Positions 25,488-38,676 of a stretch of DNA of 64,000 nt are shown piece by piece. Below the pieces are notes generated by a model. It was not told the origin of the DNA. It did no database searches and saw nothing but the letters and a program-made list of their open reading frames with translations. The stretch lies in NCBI RefSeq assembly GCF_001194135.2, contig NC_068989.1:64046609-64110608 (forward strand), read 5' to 3'. A program made the position numbers and the translations under genes. The number at the start of each line of letters is the position of its first letter. Positions within the stretch are counted from its first letter, which is position 1. This DNA comes from Octopus bimaculoides (Eukaryota).

Positions 25488-27525
25488 ATCCTACTTGGAT
25501 TTAGCCACCTCTTGTTTGGTAAATTTATACACCAATGTTCAAGTGAAAAACGAGAACTCTTGTTGTTGTTGTTGTCGTCGTCGTCGTCGTCGTCATCGTC
25601 GTCGTCGTCGTCGTCGTTGTTGTTGCTGTTATCGTTTTCTTCTTTTACTTGCTGAGCCTGAAAGAAAAGAGAATGCATGGCCTTTCTGACCGTTTGTGAC
25701 TGGTGAGATCAAAACCCTTAATGTTAGGTTTAAGCTATTTCTCAACAAAAGAAGAAGCTTGAATCGTAGTTTCATCTTGTCTAAGTCCTTCCTGCTCGAG
25801 CACTCCTATCGTCCGACGAGAGACGTCCCTGTTGTCTTTGTCCAGATTTTTTAAACAACTAAAACTACATTATCTAAAATCTGCCCTGCGATATGAGGAA
25901 AATTTAGCAGCTATTTCTAGTAGGTCGACCAACCACTTAGAGGTGTATTTATTGACTGGAATCAATGCATCATTTTTGTAGTTGCTGTTGTCGCCGCCGC
26001 TGATTTCGATGATGTGCTGAAATGAACCAAGGAAAAACTGATAATTAATAACATTTCTATAAAACGTACGTGTTACAGGGACAAAACTAGGGGAATAAAA
26101 CAATGCTTTTCGAAAGATATCCTTTGCGATATTTGTTCTTTCCCGAGATAGAGAGACTTACTTGTCCCGTCGACAGTGAATTAGTGATTAGCTTGTTGGA
26201 AACTTGTAACCAACGATGCTATTCATCTTCAATAACATCATATAGGTAAAAAATAGTAAACGTATTTCAGCTCTGGAAGAGCATGAAACACCGATCCATA
26301 GTGCAATGCTCCCACTGTTTTCAATTAGTATATTGACTAGATAAAAGCAAGAGTTCCATTGGACAAAAATCAATCGCCTTGACTAACATTGACGCGTACC
26401 TAAGCTATTAGTCCAGTAATAACTTGGAAGTCGAAATGTATTTGGCTTTGTTGTAAATATTAGCTTCGTTTATGAAAGACATTATTAACCAGCAAAGATT
26501 GAATAGTTTACGAAGTGATTAGACTTTCTCTTGAAAATTTTGATTTGCTGCCAAAATCATGTATTCAAGGATAAATGAATGTGCGGACAATATGTGTTCA
26601 AATTTGAGTTAGCGGATTACATGCTGAATGTGAGTTCAAAGTTTAGCTACAGCTCTATCCAAAACAGTTAACCAATCATAACACCTTTCAATAATACAGA
26701 TCACATTGTATTGTTTTGTTTTATTATCGTGTATTTTGTAATTCTTGGTTATATATTTATCGATTATTGGTTTCTGTTTTTAGCAACAACTCCACAGACA
26801 TTGGGTTCCAAATTAAAAAAAAAATGATTAATAATGGTAATCCCGTTTGTTCTTTATCGGAATCGTAGATTATGGTTTGCACTGCTGAAATCAGTTATCG
26901 ATTTGTTTTTCGCAGGAATTTAATTAATAGCTATTAGAAATTGCTCGACATCAAAGATATTTCTTGTCTCTTTTCTTTTGTTAACATAACTCTCTCTTTT
27001 CCTTTTTTAATGGGTGAGAGAGGGAATAAAATGGTCAGTATTACGAGTATTATTTTTATAAATTAAACTTATCAACATTCTCAACAAATATAGAATAGTC
27101 TGCCATATGTAGCGCTATGATACATGGCACTAAGGAACAGTTTAGTAGTTATGCTTTACTAAGAGCTCTTCAAGTGTATGCTAATAGCATATAATTTTAA
27201 ATACTTTTGATATGGTATTCTAAACAGTATCTTGATATAATATTCAATAATGCTTTATAATGATTTAAATGCTGCTTAGAGCAAATATTGCTTTGCGTAA
27301 CCTTCTCTTGAATACTCCGCGATATGATTCTGTGGAGGTTTTCTTTTGACTGACAGCAAACGTTAAAACTGAAAAATTATTTGAATATTTGTCATTGCGT
27401 TATATTCGATATGATATATTTTTCTCCCGAACGAAAGGTCGTCTCTCCACAGCGAAAGGTCTTTCCATGTCTGAGTGTAAACGAACAGATTATACATGAA
27501 TGTGCATGAATATATATCTACACAC

Positions 27526-27627
<102 letters not shown>

Positions 27628-27635
27628 GACACACA

Positions 27636-27870
27636 AAGGCGGGGAGCTGGCAGAAACGTTAGCACGCCGGGCGAAATGCTTAGCGGTATTTCGACTGCCG
27701 CTACGTTCTGAGTTCAAATTCCGCCGAGGTCGACTTTGCCTTTCATCCTTTCGGGGTCGATTAAATAAGTACCAGTTACGCACTGGGGTCGATATAATCG
27801 GCTTAATCCGTTTGTCTGTCCTTGTTTGTTTCCTCTGTGTGTAGCCCCTTGTGGGTAGTAAAGAAATAAC
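27636..27870 (+). mobile_element. Family A SINE (same 3' tail type as the 62 kb array)
   Basis: Near-consensus head and CORE, with tail aatccgtttgtctgtccttgtttg..gccccttgtggg. Confidence 0.9.
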
Positions 27871-28140
27871 ACATACGATAGGTTTCTGTGTGTACCATTC
27901 CAATGAAGAGTAACTTTTCTGATAGACTCAACTAACGTTCTGTTATAGTCACTTGTGATATCTCTATGTTAATAAAGACAGTTATTAGTAATGATAAGTT
28001 CAAACTAATTTTGGCTAACAGATCTAGGTTCCACGTGGAACTCACGTATATTCTATTCACAGGCACGTCCAGGAGATGGCTACATTGTAAGGGCTAGCAA
28101 TGGAGTAGCATTGTCATAAAAAATTATTATTATCATCACA

Positions 28141-28368
28141 AAGGCGGTGAGCTGCCAGACTCGTTAGCACAGGGGTCAAAGTGCTTAGCGGAATTTTGTC
28201 CGTCTTTACGTTTTGAGTTCAAATTTCGACGAGGTCAACAAGGTGGATTTTGCCTTTCATCATTTCGGGGTCGATATGATAAATACCAGTTGAGCACTTG
28301 GGGGAAGGGTCGATGTAATCGACATATCCCTCCCACGAAATTGCTGGCCTTGTGCCAATATTTGAAAC
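28141..28368 (+). mobile_element. Family A SINE
   Basis: Diverged head, B box and CORE; tail ccttgtgccaatatttgaaac. Confidence 0.82.
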
Positions 28369-28369
28369 T

Positions 28370-28715
28370 AATAATATCATCGTCACTATCATCATCGTTA
28401 TTATCACCATCATCGTTGTCGTCATCGTCGTCATCATCATCCTCATTATCATCTTCAAAATCATCATTATAATTACCATCATTATCATTGTAATTATCCT
28501 TCTATTCATGATGGACATTATAATTATCATCGTCGTTGTCGTCATCGTCGTCGTCGTCATCATTATAACAACCATCATCAAAATTATTATTTCACAAATT
28601 ACCATCATTTTCATTGCAATTATCTTTATTTTCATCACCATCATCATCATCCTCATCATCATCCTCGTCATCTGCACCATCATCATCCTCATCATCTGCA
28701 CCATCATCATCATTA
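28370..28715. repeat. Degenerate (CAT)n tract at a SINE tail
   Basis: Imperfect CAT/CGT/TAT repeats directly after the family A SINE. Confidence 0.88.
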
Positions 28716-29396
28716 TCGAGTATCAGAACAGTGCTGATTCGTTTTAGCCAAAATATCATAGCCTATTTAGTTTCTCTAGTTGAGACAAATCTTTGCATTT
28801 ACTTATTTCCAACATTCCAGCAGCAATATTTTAACAATTGGATATAACCACATGTAAATTCGATAGAAATCTGTAAACAAACGTGAAAACCAATGTAGTT
28901 GTTTGGATTCTGTCTTTCAGAACTATAATTTACGTTCTTTTCCGTGTTCACTCGCGACTTTAAAGATGATTAATGGCGCAAAGCTGAATGACGTCATAAA
29001 ATGAGGGATTACCAAATGCTGTTGGCTAGGAAATTTGTTAATGATAAACTGTTGATAACATTAACAGCTTTCTCTGCCTCAACAGACGTATGTGTCTGTA
29101 GAAATGAATGAGCGTTTTCTCCACAAATTTCAAATAGTATTTCAAAACATATGAATATACAAACAGAAAATACCAGCTCAGTGATTGGAAGTGTCTCGCT
29201 CGTACTATTAGAATTAGGAGCTTATATAATCTATTAAAAAAATATTCTACACGTTCACATTGAGTTCTGACATTTATTGCTTCTAGTGAAGACCACGTTA
29301 TTTGTTATTTCACAACAGCGCTACAAGCTACAACGTTCATGGTACATACTCACCCACGCTTGCACACATGCACACATACATACATGCATACATACA

Positions 29397-29432
<36 letters not shown>

Positions 29433-29455
29433 TGTATATATATATGCATATATAC

Positions 29456-29490
<35 letters not shown>

Positions 29491-29923
29491 TATGTGTGNN
29501 NNNNNNNNNNNNNNNNNNNNNNNNNNNNNNNNNNNNNNNNNNNNNNNNNNNNNNNNNNNNNNNNNNNNNNNNNNNNNNNNNNNNNNNNNNNNNNNNNNNN
29601 NNNNNNNNNNNNNNNNNNNNNNNNNNNNNNNNNNNNNNNNNNNNNNNNNNNNNNNNNNNNNNNNNNNNNNNNNNNNNNNNNNNNNNNNNNNNNNNNNNNN
29701 NNNNNNNNNNNNNNNNNNNNNNNNNNNNNNNNNNNNNNNNNNNNNNNNNNNNNNNNNNNNNNNNNNNNNNNNNNNNNNNNNNNNNNNNNNNNNNNNNNNN
29801 NNNNNNNNNNNNNNNNNNNNNNNNNNNNNNNNNNNNNNNNNNNNNNNNNNNNNNNNNNNNNNNNNNNNNNNNNTCATTAAAGATGTGCTAAAGAATTTTC
29901 TGTCTTCTTGTTAATCGGTATGA

Positions 29924-29981
<58 letters not shown>

Positions 29982-30179
29982 CATACATATATATATGGAT
30001 GCGTGTAGAAAGAGTTTGGCTGTTATGAGTATGGTGTATGGGATGACGCGTGCGTTCAGCCGTTAGGAGGTTGTCTTGTATGTGCAAAGGTATGACTATG
30101 TATGTATATCCAACAACGTGTTTACATGTGTATATAAATCTCTATTATTTACCATTTGATATTCATTTCAAACTGTGGT

Positions 30180-30364
30180 GCAAGGCCAACGTGATGTAAG
30201 TCGATTACATTTACCCCAGTACCCAAATGGTATTTATTTTATTGACACCGAAAGGATAAAAGGCAAAGTTGACCGCGGCAGCATCTGAATTCAGAGGGCA
30301 AAACCGGAAGAAATGTCGCTAGGCATTTTGTCCGGCGCGATAACGATCCTGCCAGCTCGCTGCC
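30180..30364 (-). mobile_element. Family A SINE
   Basis: Reverse complement: aggcagcgagctggcaggatcgttatcgcgccggacaaaatgcc..gcctttta tcctttcggtgtc. Confidence 0.8.
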
Positions 30365-30794
30365 TTTACATACCATTTTATTTTGCCGCCGCTTTTATAT
30401 TATCGCAGATCTTTCGTTGGAGTTGTTATTGCTTGTCTTTTACATTTTGTTTTGTTTGTTTTTTTTGTTCCTTACGTTGATGATTTTTACGTACGATGTT
30501 GTCGTTTTTGCTGTTAAACCCAGTTCAGCTCCAACTTAAGATTACAAATCTTCTAATTGAAAGCATTCCGTTTTTTGTTTTTTTTTTCTATCAGACATAC
30601 AGTATTACGGTTTTCAATGCGGCCTTTTATGGGCTGTGTTTTGAAATAGATTTGTTTGCTATTTCTAGCAGACCGAAGTGCCAGATAGAACTAGCAGCAC
30701 ATCCCATGTCTTTTGTATTTACCATAATTATGAAGATGATGGCTGTTTTTTTTAGGATTAGCAAAGGAGTAGTATCATTATATGGTGGGAGTAA

Positions 30795-31915
30795 AATTAT
30801 CATGATCATGATCGTCATCATCATCATCATCATCACCACCAACATCATAGTTGTCGTCGTTGTCGTCATCATCATCATCATCGTCATCACCGTCATCATC
30901 ATCATCATCGTCATCATCGGCATCATCATCATCGTCATCATCGTCATCATCATCATCACCATCATCATCATTATCATTATCATCGTCATCACCACCAACG
31001 TCATCGCCGTCGTTATGATCATCGTCATCATCATCATCATCACCATCATCATCATTATCGTCGTCATCGTTGTCATCATCATCATCATCGTCATCTGCAT
31101 CACTACCTCTATTATCCCCGTCATTATCTTCATTATCTTCATTATTATCATAATCACTGTCATCGTAATAATTATTTCATAATTACCATCATTATCATTG
31201 TAATTATCATTACTTCTGTACGCCTTGTCGTTAGCGTCAACCTCCTCCTCCTCCTCCTCCTCATCATCATCGACATCATCATTATCCTCATCATAACCAT
31301 CACACTCACCATTATCACGATCATTATTAATATCACCATGACCATGATCTCCACCATCCCCATCGCCTTCGGCAGCATCATCATTTTACTCATCAGTCAC
31401 TACTCACGAAAATATCATCAGTTCTGTTTTTCTCTTCCACTCCTGCCACCCATTTGTTCTTCCTTATCTTCCTACTCCTCTTCCTCCTTCTCCCCTTCCT
31501 CCCCTTCCTCCTCATTCTCTTCGTCCACCGCTTTCTACACTTCCCTTCTTCCTTCATCCCTTCTTCCTTCGTCGCTTCCCCTCGTCCTCTTCCTCCCCTC
31601 TTTCGTTTCCTCTTCTTCCTTTTCCCTTTCCCCCTCGTCCTCTTCCTCCTCTCTTCCTCCACCCTCTCTTCCTTCTTCCTCTCTTTCTCCTCCCTCTCTT
31701 CCGCCACCCTCTCTTTCTCCTCTACTCCTTCCTCCCCACTATCTTTGTTCTCACTCTCTTCCTTATCTCCATTTTCTGCACCCTCATCCTTCCTCTCCCT
31801 CTTCCTTATTCTCTCACATTCTCTTCCTCTCACTCCCTCTCTCTCTCCTCCTTTCTTCTTCCTCTCCTTTTCCTCTTCCGCATTCTCTTCCTCCCCCTCC
31901 CCCTTCTGCTCACTG
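30795..31915. repeat. Degenerate (CAT/CGT/TAT)n tract followed by a roughly 500-bp polypyrimidine tract
   Basis: Trinucleotide low complexity to about 31420, then almost only C/T to about 31915. Source of the poly-I/M/S/E ORFs. Confidence 0.9.
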
Positions 31916-32003
31916 CTTTTCGACTGCATGTTTCGCACACATGTCACACCTGCTTTATGTATCGCCATGTTTTATTTCTTATGACGACAGAATGTCGAGT
32001 GTT

Positions 32004-32068
<65 letters not shown>

Positions 32069-32601
32069 ACGAAGCAGCCAAGTCTGTGATGCCGTTTACA
32101 TTTCTAATAATGTTTGGATCGATACATTGCTAATCTATTGAAATCGATGAATTGCTACCATTCTTGGATAGATCGATAGATTGCAAATAGAGTTAGATCA
32201 ATAAAATTCTAATATAATTAGTTCGATAAAATACGTAGTCATATTATGCTTAGGAATTTGGGTGAGAGAATATACTCCATGGGTGTGTTCCATAGCCTAA
32301 ATTCATAAACGGCAGCGACACTGGCATGGAATATCGTCAATTTCAAAATTCTGATCGGCTGAGGTCATCAAAACAATTAGTATTTAATAGTAGTTAAAAA
32401 TTCTCTCTAGAGATGTTTAAAGACCTAGAAATTGCAAACAAGGGAGACAATCCCTTAAGATAAGTTGATTAAAACTTATGAGGAATGTAGACAATGAAAA
32501 TTAGAATGGATCTGGTCTTTAAAGCAACGCGATAAGAGTAAGGGGCATGTTACTTTCTTTTTAAGCATCGTCTTAGAAACATATTCTACACTGTTGTCTG
32601 A

Positions 32602-32687
<86 letters not shown>

Positions 32688-32894
32688 TTCTCTCTGTCTG
32701 TATGCTACTATCTTAGTGCCTAAAACAGCGAGCCAATGTTCCCCAAAATTTCCATACATGTTACACTAGCGTTTAGTTCAATAGTAGGCTTACTGGATTC
32801 TGAAAATAAAAAGTATAAAGTGCACCCCAGGGGCGTTTGGCGAATTATATGATAAAATGAGAAGGTTGCAAAACGTATTGGTCTGATGGAGAGA

Positions 32895-33082
32895 TAGTAA
32901 CAGAAAGAGAGGGTGAATTCTATCAGTGAAGGCGACACCAGCGGTGAAAATGGGGTAATAACGTTACTATAGCTGTCTTATAAGGTAGTAACAGAAACAG
33001 AGAGAGGGGAGAGAGACGTCTATCAGTGAAGGCGAGAGCAGCGATGAAAATGGAATGGTAACGTTACTATAGCTATCATATA
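32895..33082. repeat. Two-copy tandem repeat of about 91-97 bp
   Basis: tagtaacagaaa..tctatcagtgaaggcga..cagcg.tgaaaatgg..aacgttactatagct repeated at 32895 and 32986. Confidence 0.85.
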
Positions 33083-34090
33083 CAGGCGACGTTACATACA
33101 TACTTTCATAAATACATAGACGCAACACACAGAAATTGTGGTATGGGGAATACGTAGCTTTCAGGAAAGACGGGGTAGGTGGCTTTTCTGCTGTCCATCG
33201 CAATAAAACACTCACACACAACCATGCATATACATACATACTTACATACATACATACATATATCTACTATGCACTATTTTAAACTCGTGATTACTTGTGT
33301 GTACGTTTGTGAACGTGTGCGTGTGTATGTGTGTAGTGCGCGCGCGCGTGCGCCATGTCCTATAACTGATTGTCTCTCTACTTTTGTAGGGTCTTCCTTG
33401 TTGCTGTCACATATTGTGAGATTTTAAAATTACGTCAAAATTTCCAAATTTGGTACATTGAAATAAATTTCTACGTTAAAACCGATTTTGTTATTTATTT
33501 GTTGCAGAAAAATGTTACTGAAGTTTAAAGTTTAATCAATTTTACCTAATCAGAAACCAGGATTTTGAAGCTGGCATTTTCTGTACAATAGCTGGCATGT
33601 GAAACTGCCGAACACACATGTAAATAATTTAAAAAGAAAAAAAAAATGGTCAACGAAATTTTTGGTGAAAAATTGCACAAATCTGTCCTGATAANNNNNN
33701 NNNNNNNNNNNNNNNNNNNNNNNNNNNNNNNNNNNNNNNNNNNNNNNNNNNNNNNNNNNNNNNNNNNNNNNNNNNNNNNNNNNNNNNNNNNNNNNNNNNN
33801 NNNNNNNNNNNNNNNNNNNNNNNNNNNNNNNNNNNNNNNNNNNNNNNNNNNNNNNNNNNNNNNNNNNNNNNNNNNNNNNNNNNNNNNNNNNNNNNNNNNN
33901 NNNNNNNNNNNNNNNNNNNNNNNNNNNNNNNNNNNNNNNNNNNNNNNNNNNNNNNNNNNNNNNNNNNNNNNNNNNNNNNNNNNNNNNNNNNNNNNNNNNN
34001 NNNNNNNNNNNNNNNNNNNNNNNNNNNNNNNNNNNNNNNNNNNNNNNNNNNNNNNNNNNNNNNNNNNNNNNNNNNNNNNNNNNNNNNNNN

Positions 34091-34295
34091 ATATATAATC
34101 GATTCAAACATGAACAAGCAAGAAAAAACACGAAAAAGCACGAAAAAACAACAACGCTAAGACGTGAAATAAGTACAGTGTTATTGGACGCTCAGGAAAG
34201 AAAAGAAAAGAAAGAGGATTTAACGTTTCGAACGGAGCTCTTCGTCAGAAATATAGGAAAAGTCCGAAGAAGGGAAGACAGAGAAAGAAAAGCGC
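34091..34295 (-). mobile_element. Probable Penelope pseudo-LTR / non-autonomous PLE fragment carrying the hammerhead
   Basis: Non-microsatellite island between an N gap and a (TA)/(TG) tract. It carries a minimal hammerhead of the kind known from PLE pseudo-LTRs. No ORF visible. Confidence 0.45.
34218..34252 (-). ncRNA. Minimal type I hammerhead ribozyme motif (PLE-type) with intact core
   Basis: The reverse complement reads AUUU-CUGACGA-A-GAGC(ucc)GUUC-GAAA-C-GU-U-AAAU. That gives stem I AUUU/AAAU, core CUGANGA, a 4-bp stem II, GAAA, a loop-less palindromic stem III (ACGU) and a GUU cleavage triplet. Activity untested. Confidence 0.7.
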
Positions 34296-34296
34296 C

Positions 34297-34350
<54 letters not shown>

Positions 34351-34458
34351 GTATATATACATATGCACTTGCATACATAGATATGGACAGCTATACACAC
34401 AGAGGCAGACACATAGACAAACAGGCAGATATGTAGGTACATATGATAGATAGATAGT

Positions 34459-34529
<71 letters not shown>

Positions 34530-35459
34530 TAATGGTGATTTCGAATATCAACCTGCAAAAACCGATATTTTTTTATTCTCAATTCATTTTTAGGGTATCT
34601 TTGCATAGTAATTGCTCAAATAATCTCAGTCTAGCAAAGTTCTTCGTGTACTATATTTACATACGTGAGATTCTACTGTGTAGTTGGCTAAAATATGGTT
34701 GCAAGTCATTTACGTCATAACTCTTTAATAATTGATCTCCTGATAAAAAAAAAATTTCTAAAATATGCATAAATAGAATTGCATGTAATACATGTTCGTG
34801 CGTGTGTATATANNNNNNNNNNNNNNNNNNNNNNNNNNNNNNNNNNNNNNNNNNNNNNNNNNNNNNNNNNNNNNNNNNNNNNNNNNNNNNNNNNNNNNNN
34901 NNNNNNNNNNNNNNNNNNNNNNNNNNNNNNNNNNNNNNNNNNNNNNNNNNNNNNNNNNNNNNNNNNNNNNNNNNNNNNNNNNNNNNNNNNNNNNNNNNNN
35001 NNNNNNNNNNNNNNNNNNNNNNNNNNNNNNNNNNNNNNNNNNNNNNNNNNNNNNNNNNNNNNNNNNNNNNNNNNNNNNNNNNNNNNNNNNNNNNNNNNNN
35101 NNNNNNNNNNNNNNNNNNNNNNNNNNNNNNNNNNNNNNNNNNNNNNNNNNNNNNNNNNNNNNNNNNNNNNNNNNNNNNNNNNNNNNNNNNNNNNNNNNNN
35201 NNNNNNNNNNNNNNNNNNNNNNNNNNNNNNNNNNNNNNNNNNNNNNNNNNNNNNNNNNNNNNNNNNNNNNNNNNNNNNNNNNNNNNNNNNNNNNNNNNNN
35301 NNNNNNNNNNNNNNNNNNNNNNNNNNNNNNNNNNNNNNNNNNNNNNNNNNNNNNNNNNNNNNNNNNNNNNNNNNNNNNNNNNNNNNNNNNNNNNNNNNNN
35401 NNNNNNNNNNNNNNNNNNNNNNNNNNNNNNNNNNNNNNNNNNNNNNNNNNNNNNNNNNN

Positions 35460-35493
<34 letters not shown>

Positions 35494-36221
35494 GTGTGTG
35501 TATGTGTGTGTATAATGTTTATTTTAACTACACTACATTCATATACCTTTCTGTGAAATCTATGTTAGAGTGTATATGTGTTTGATCGAGCATACTAATG
35601 TGTATTCAGAATTTTGTCCTATAAAGTTAAATATGCACGAGTGTATATATGCATGTGCTCCTGATAACAAACCTATCCATTATATTTGCATATGCATAAG
35701 TATAAAGTGAATGAGAACTGTTGACGCTGGATTTTTGGTTTTTCTTTTCTTCCTATTGCTACACAGCGAAAATTATCTAAAACCCCGGTAGTGATCATAC
35801 ATTGTAAAGGAATTTCTGCTATTCTGCCTTCCACTATACAAATATCTGTTATAATTGAATCTATAGAAATTATTTCATGAAAGATCCTTCGTTGAATAAA
35901 TATATTTTATCGTGTATGAATGACGTTAGAAGTAATTGGAAAATGCATATCTGCATGCGTATATAAAGTTCAACAATGGAGGAATGAATTGTATCTACCA
36001 TATAAAGTACTATACAACCGTCTGAGAGGCCGTGAGTTCAACTCTAATACTGCTGGCGTATGGTTATGTCTCACTCTGGCCAGAACAGCTAATTCTAGCA
36101 GTTCAACAAGCTGCTGGGCAAGTGTAGACAACCTTATCTTTATTTCAAGCAGCTGGCCTTATGAGATATCACACATCATAAATCGGGCCACTTCGCTCAA
36201 ACAATTTTTTATCTGTGTGTG

Positions 36222-36273
<52 letters not shown>

Positions 36274-36589
36274 NNNNNNNNNNNNNNNNNNNNNNNNNNN
36301 NNNNNNNNNNNNNNNNNNNNNNNNNNNNNNNNNNNNNNNNNNNNNNNNNNNNNNNNNNNNNNNNNNNNNNNNNNNNNNNNNNNNNNNNNNNNNNNNNNNN
36401 NNNNNNNNNNNNNNNNNNNNNNNNNNNNNNNNNNNNNNNNNNNNNNNNNNNNNNNNNNNNNNNNNNNNNNNNNNNNNNNNNNNNNNNNNNNNNNNNNNNN
36501 NNNNNNNNNNNNNNNNNNNNNNNNNNNNNNNNNNNNNNNNNNNNNNNNNNNNNNNNNNNNNNNNNNNTATATATATATATATTACCGCA

Positions 36590-36830
36590 TCCTAAAGACT
36601 GGCTCTTCTCTTTGAAGCTTGGATATATTTCAATCTCCAATAATTGTGTTGCTATTTTATAAGACTCAAGTGATGACCACAACGGTGTTCGGTACCCATA
36701 TCTACGACAGTGCTGCTACGCAGAGACATCCTGCTACGCATCCAGAGAAAGGTCATTAGACTGACTGGCATTCAATAAGACTCTAGTCTCTATCTCCCAC
36801 AGGATTTTTTTATCTCTTCTGCCCAACTTT
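36590..36830 (+). mobile_element. Possible CR1/L2/Jockey-type LINE C-terminal remnant
   Basis: DILLRIQRKVIRL resembles the post-RT L..IQRRA.RL motif; heavily degraded. Confidence 0.35.
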
Positions 36831-37134
36831 TCTATTACTGTTGTAAAAAGGTGACCGCTACTCTATTGCTACCGTAATGATTTCAGCCTCTCGGTATGAA
36901 CAGAGATATTGCAGTTTCATCCACCTGCAGCAGGGCCAGTCACCTCAACTGAGGAGCACCTGATAACGCATTTGCAACAGCAGCATCAGTACTATCAATC
37001 ATTATTAGCAACAACAGCTTAAAAAATAGCAACAGTAAGATCACTAGATAGGAGGGAACTTTTGCTCGAGTTGCATGAAAACCTGAGTGGGTTTCACAAC
37101 ATACAAACAGTGAGAAGGGATCACAGAAAGAGGT

Positions 37135-37240
37135 GAAGAAGAAGAAGAAGAAGAAGAAGAAGAAGAAGAAGAAGAAGAAGAAGAAGAAGAAGAAGAAGAA
37201 GAAGAAGAAGAAGAAGAAGAAGAAGAAGAAGAAGAAGAAG
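37135..37240. repeat. Perfect (GAA)n microsatellite
   Basis: Uninterrupted GAA run. Confidence 0.97.
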
Positions 37241-37410
37241 GTAAGGTAAGAGAGAGCTGGAAGCGAAAGATGGGTAGAAAAACCGACAAAGAGGAGAGAC
37301 AAGTTTATGCTTGCACGCCGCTCTTTTCATATATTCGTGGGATAGTGAGAAACAGGGGGAACTGAGAGACAGACAGAAATAAAGAAAGGAACGAACGAAC
37401 GAACGAACGA

Positions 37411-37454
<44 letters not shown>

Positions 37455-38171
37455 AATGGAGAAAGAAAGAAATAGCACCTTACTGAGCAGTCAGTTGATT
37501 GACAATTTATCAGCTGCAAATGTCGGAGTTTGTCGATTCGTTCCGAACACATATCTTAATAAACGAATACGGGAACATTGCCAGTTTTCTATTTCAACAC
37601 TTCACCACGATTCTTTTCACGAGAAAAATGATACTTGCGAAGTTTCTATTGGCATTCTATTGGCAGAACTGGCAAAAAAATATCGGAAAACATTTTACCC
37701 TCAAAGCATAAGGTTTTAGATTGGTTGTTTGTTTTGTGAATTGATTGAAATGAAAATATACGCTGAATTATTCTTCATATTGGTGCTACTAAGTAAGTAA
37801 AACAAACGCGACCCCATTTTCCAGTGTGAATAACAAACAGATATTAACACTGGACAGACAATCGAATTTGCTGAGGAGAGAGGGGAAAGATTATATGACC
37901 ATACAAAGAAATCGGTCTCTAAAATTAGAATGAATGCTAAAAGATGTAAATATACTTCTATAAAAAAAAAGAAACATATCACAGAAATACGTGTTCGCTA
38001 ATAAATGATGGCTAAGTTGACTACGTGATTTTCTCCTTAAAATTCTTCATTGACAAAGCAAAGAGATTAGGAATCGGATTCTGAAACCTTCGGCTTGATT
38101 CAGTTAATATGTGTCTATCTAAGTTTACGTTTGTGTGTTCGAAAGTAAGTAAAATGTGTGTGTGTGTGTGT

Positions 38172-38215
<44 letters not shown>

Positions 38216-38519
38216 AAAACGCGCCCGGTTGTGTGTTAATGTTTTGTATATGAATGCAGGGAGTAATGTATATATGCTCATGCGTTCTTTACTCTCTTGA
38301 GTTTTGGCACCGAAATATAGCAAGCTCTCACTAGTTTCTAGTTTTCAAAAGGGAGTAAGTAATAAATGGACTATTATAGTCGGTTATTCACTAAATACAC
38401 TACTTGAGATGTAGTGTTTGTCGATAAATTGATTCTTCCTTCAGGAGATGACGAACAAAATGGCTGCAAATACACATATACACAAGTACATACATAACTA
38501 TATGTCTGCGCAGTGTTAG

Positions 38520-38587
<68 letters not shown>

Positions 38588-38608
38588 CACACAGATATAT
38601 ATATATAA

Positions 38609-38676
38609 GAGTAAATGTAATAAGAAGCAAGTTAGGCGAGTCGACTTGCCTAACTTACTTCTCATTACCTTTACTC
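38609..38676. repeat. 68-bp loop-less imperfect palindrome centred on GTCGAC
   Basis: gagtaaatgtaataagaagcaagttaggcgagtc / gacttgcctaacttacttctcattacctttactc: 34-bp arms with 4 mismatches. Confidence 0.9.

Noticed and set aside
37456-37719. Overlapping non-repetitive ORFs of 70-87 aa
   Set aside because: No motifs or splice signals; this length is expected by chance.
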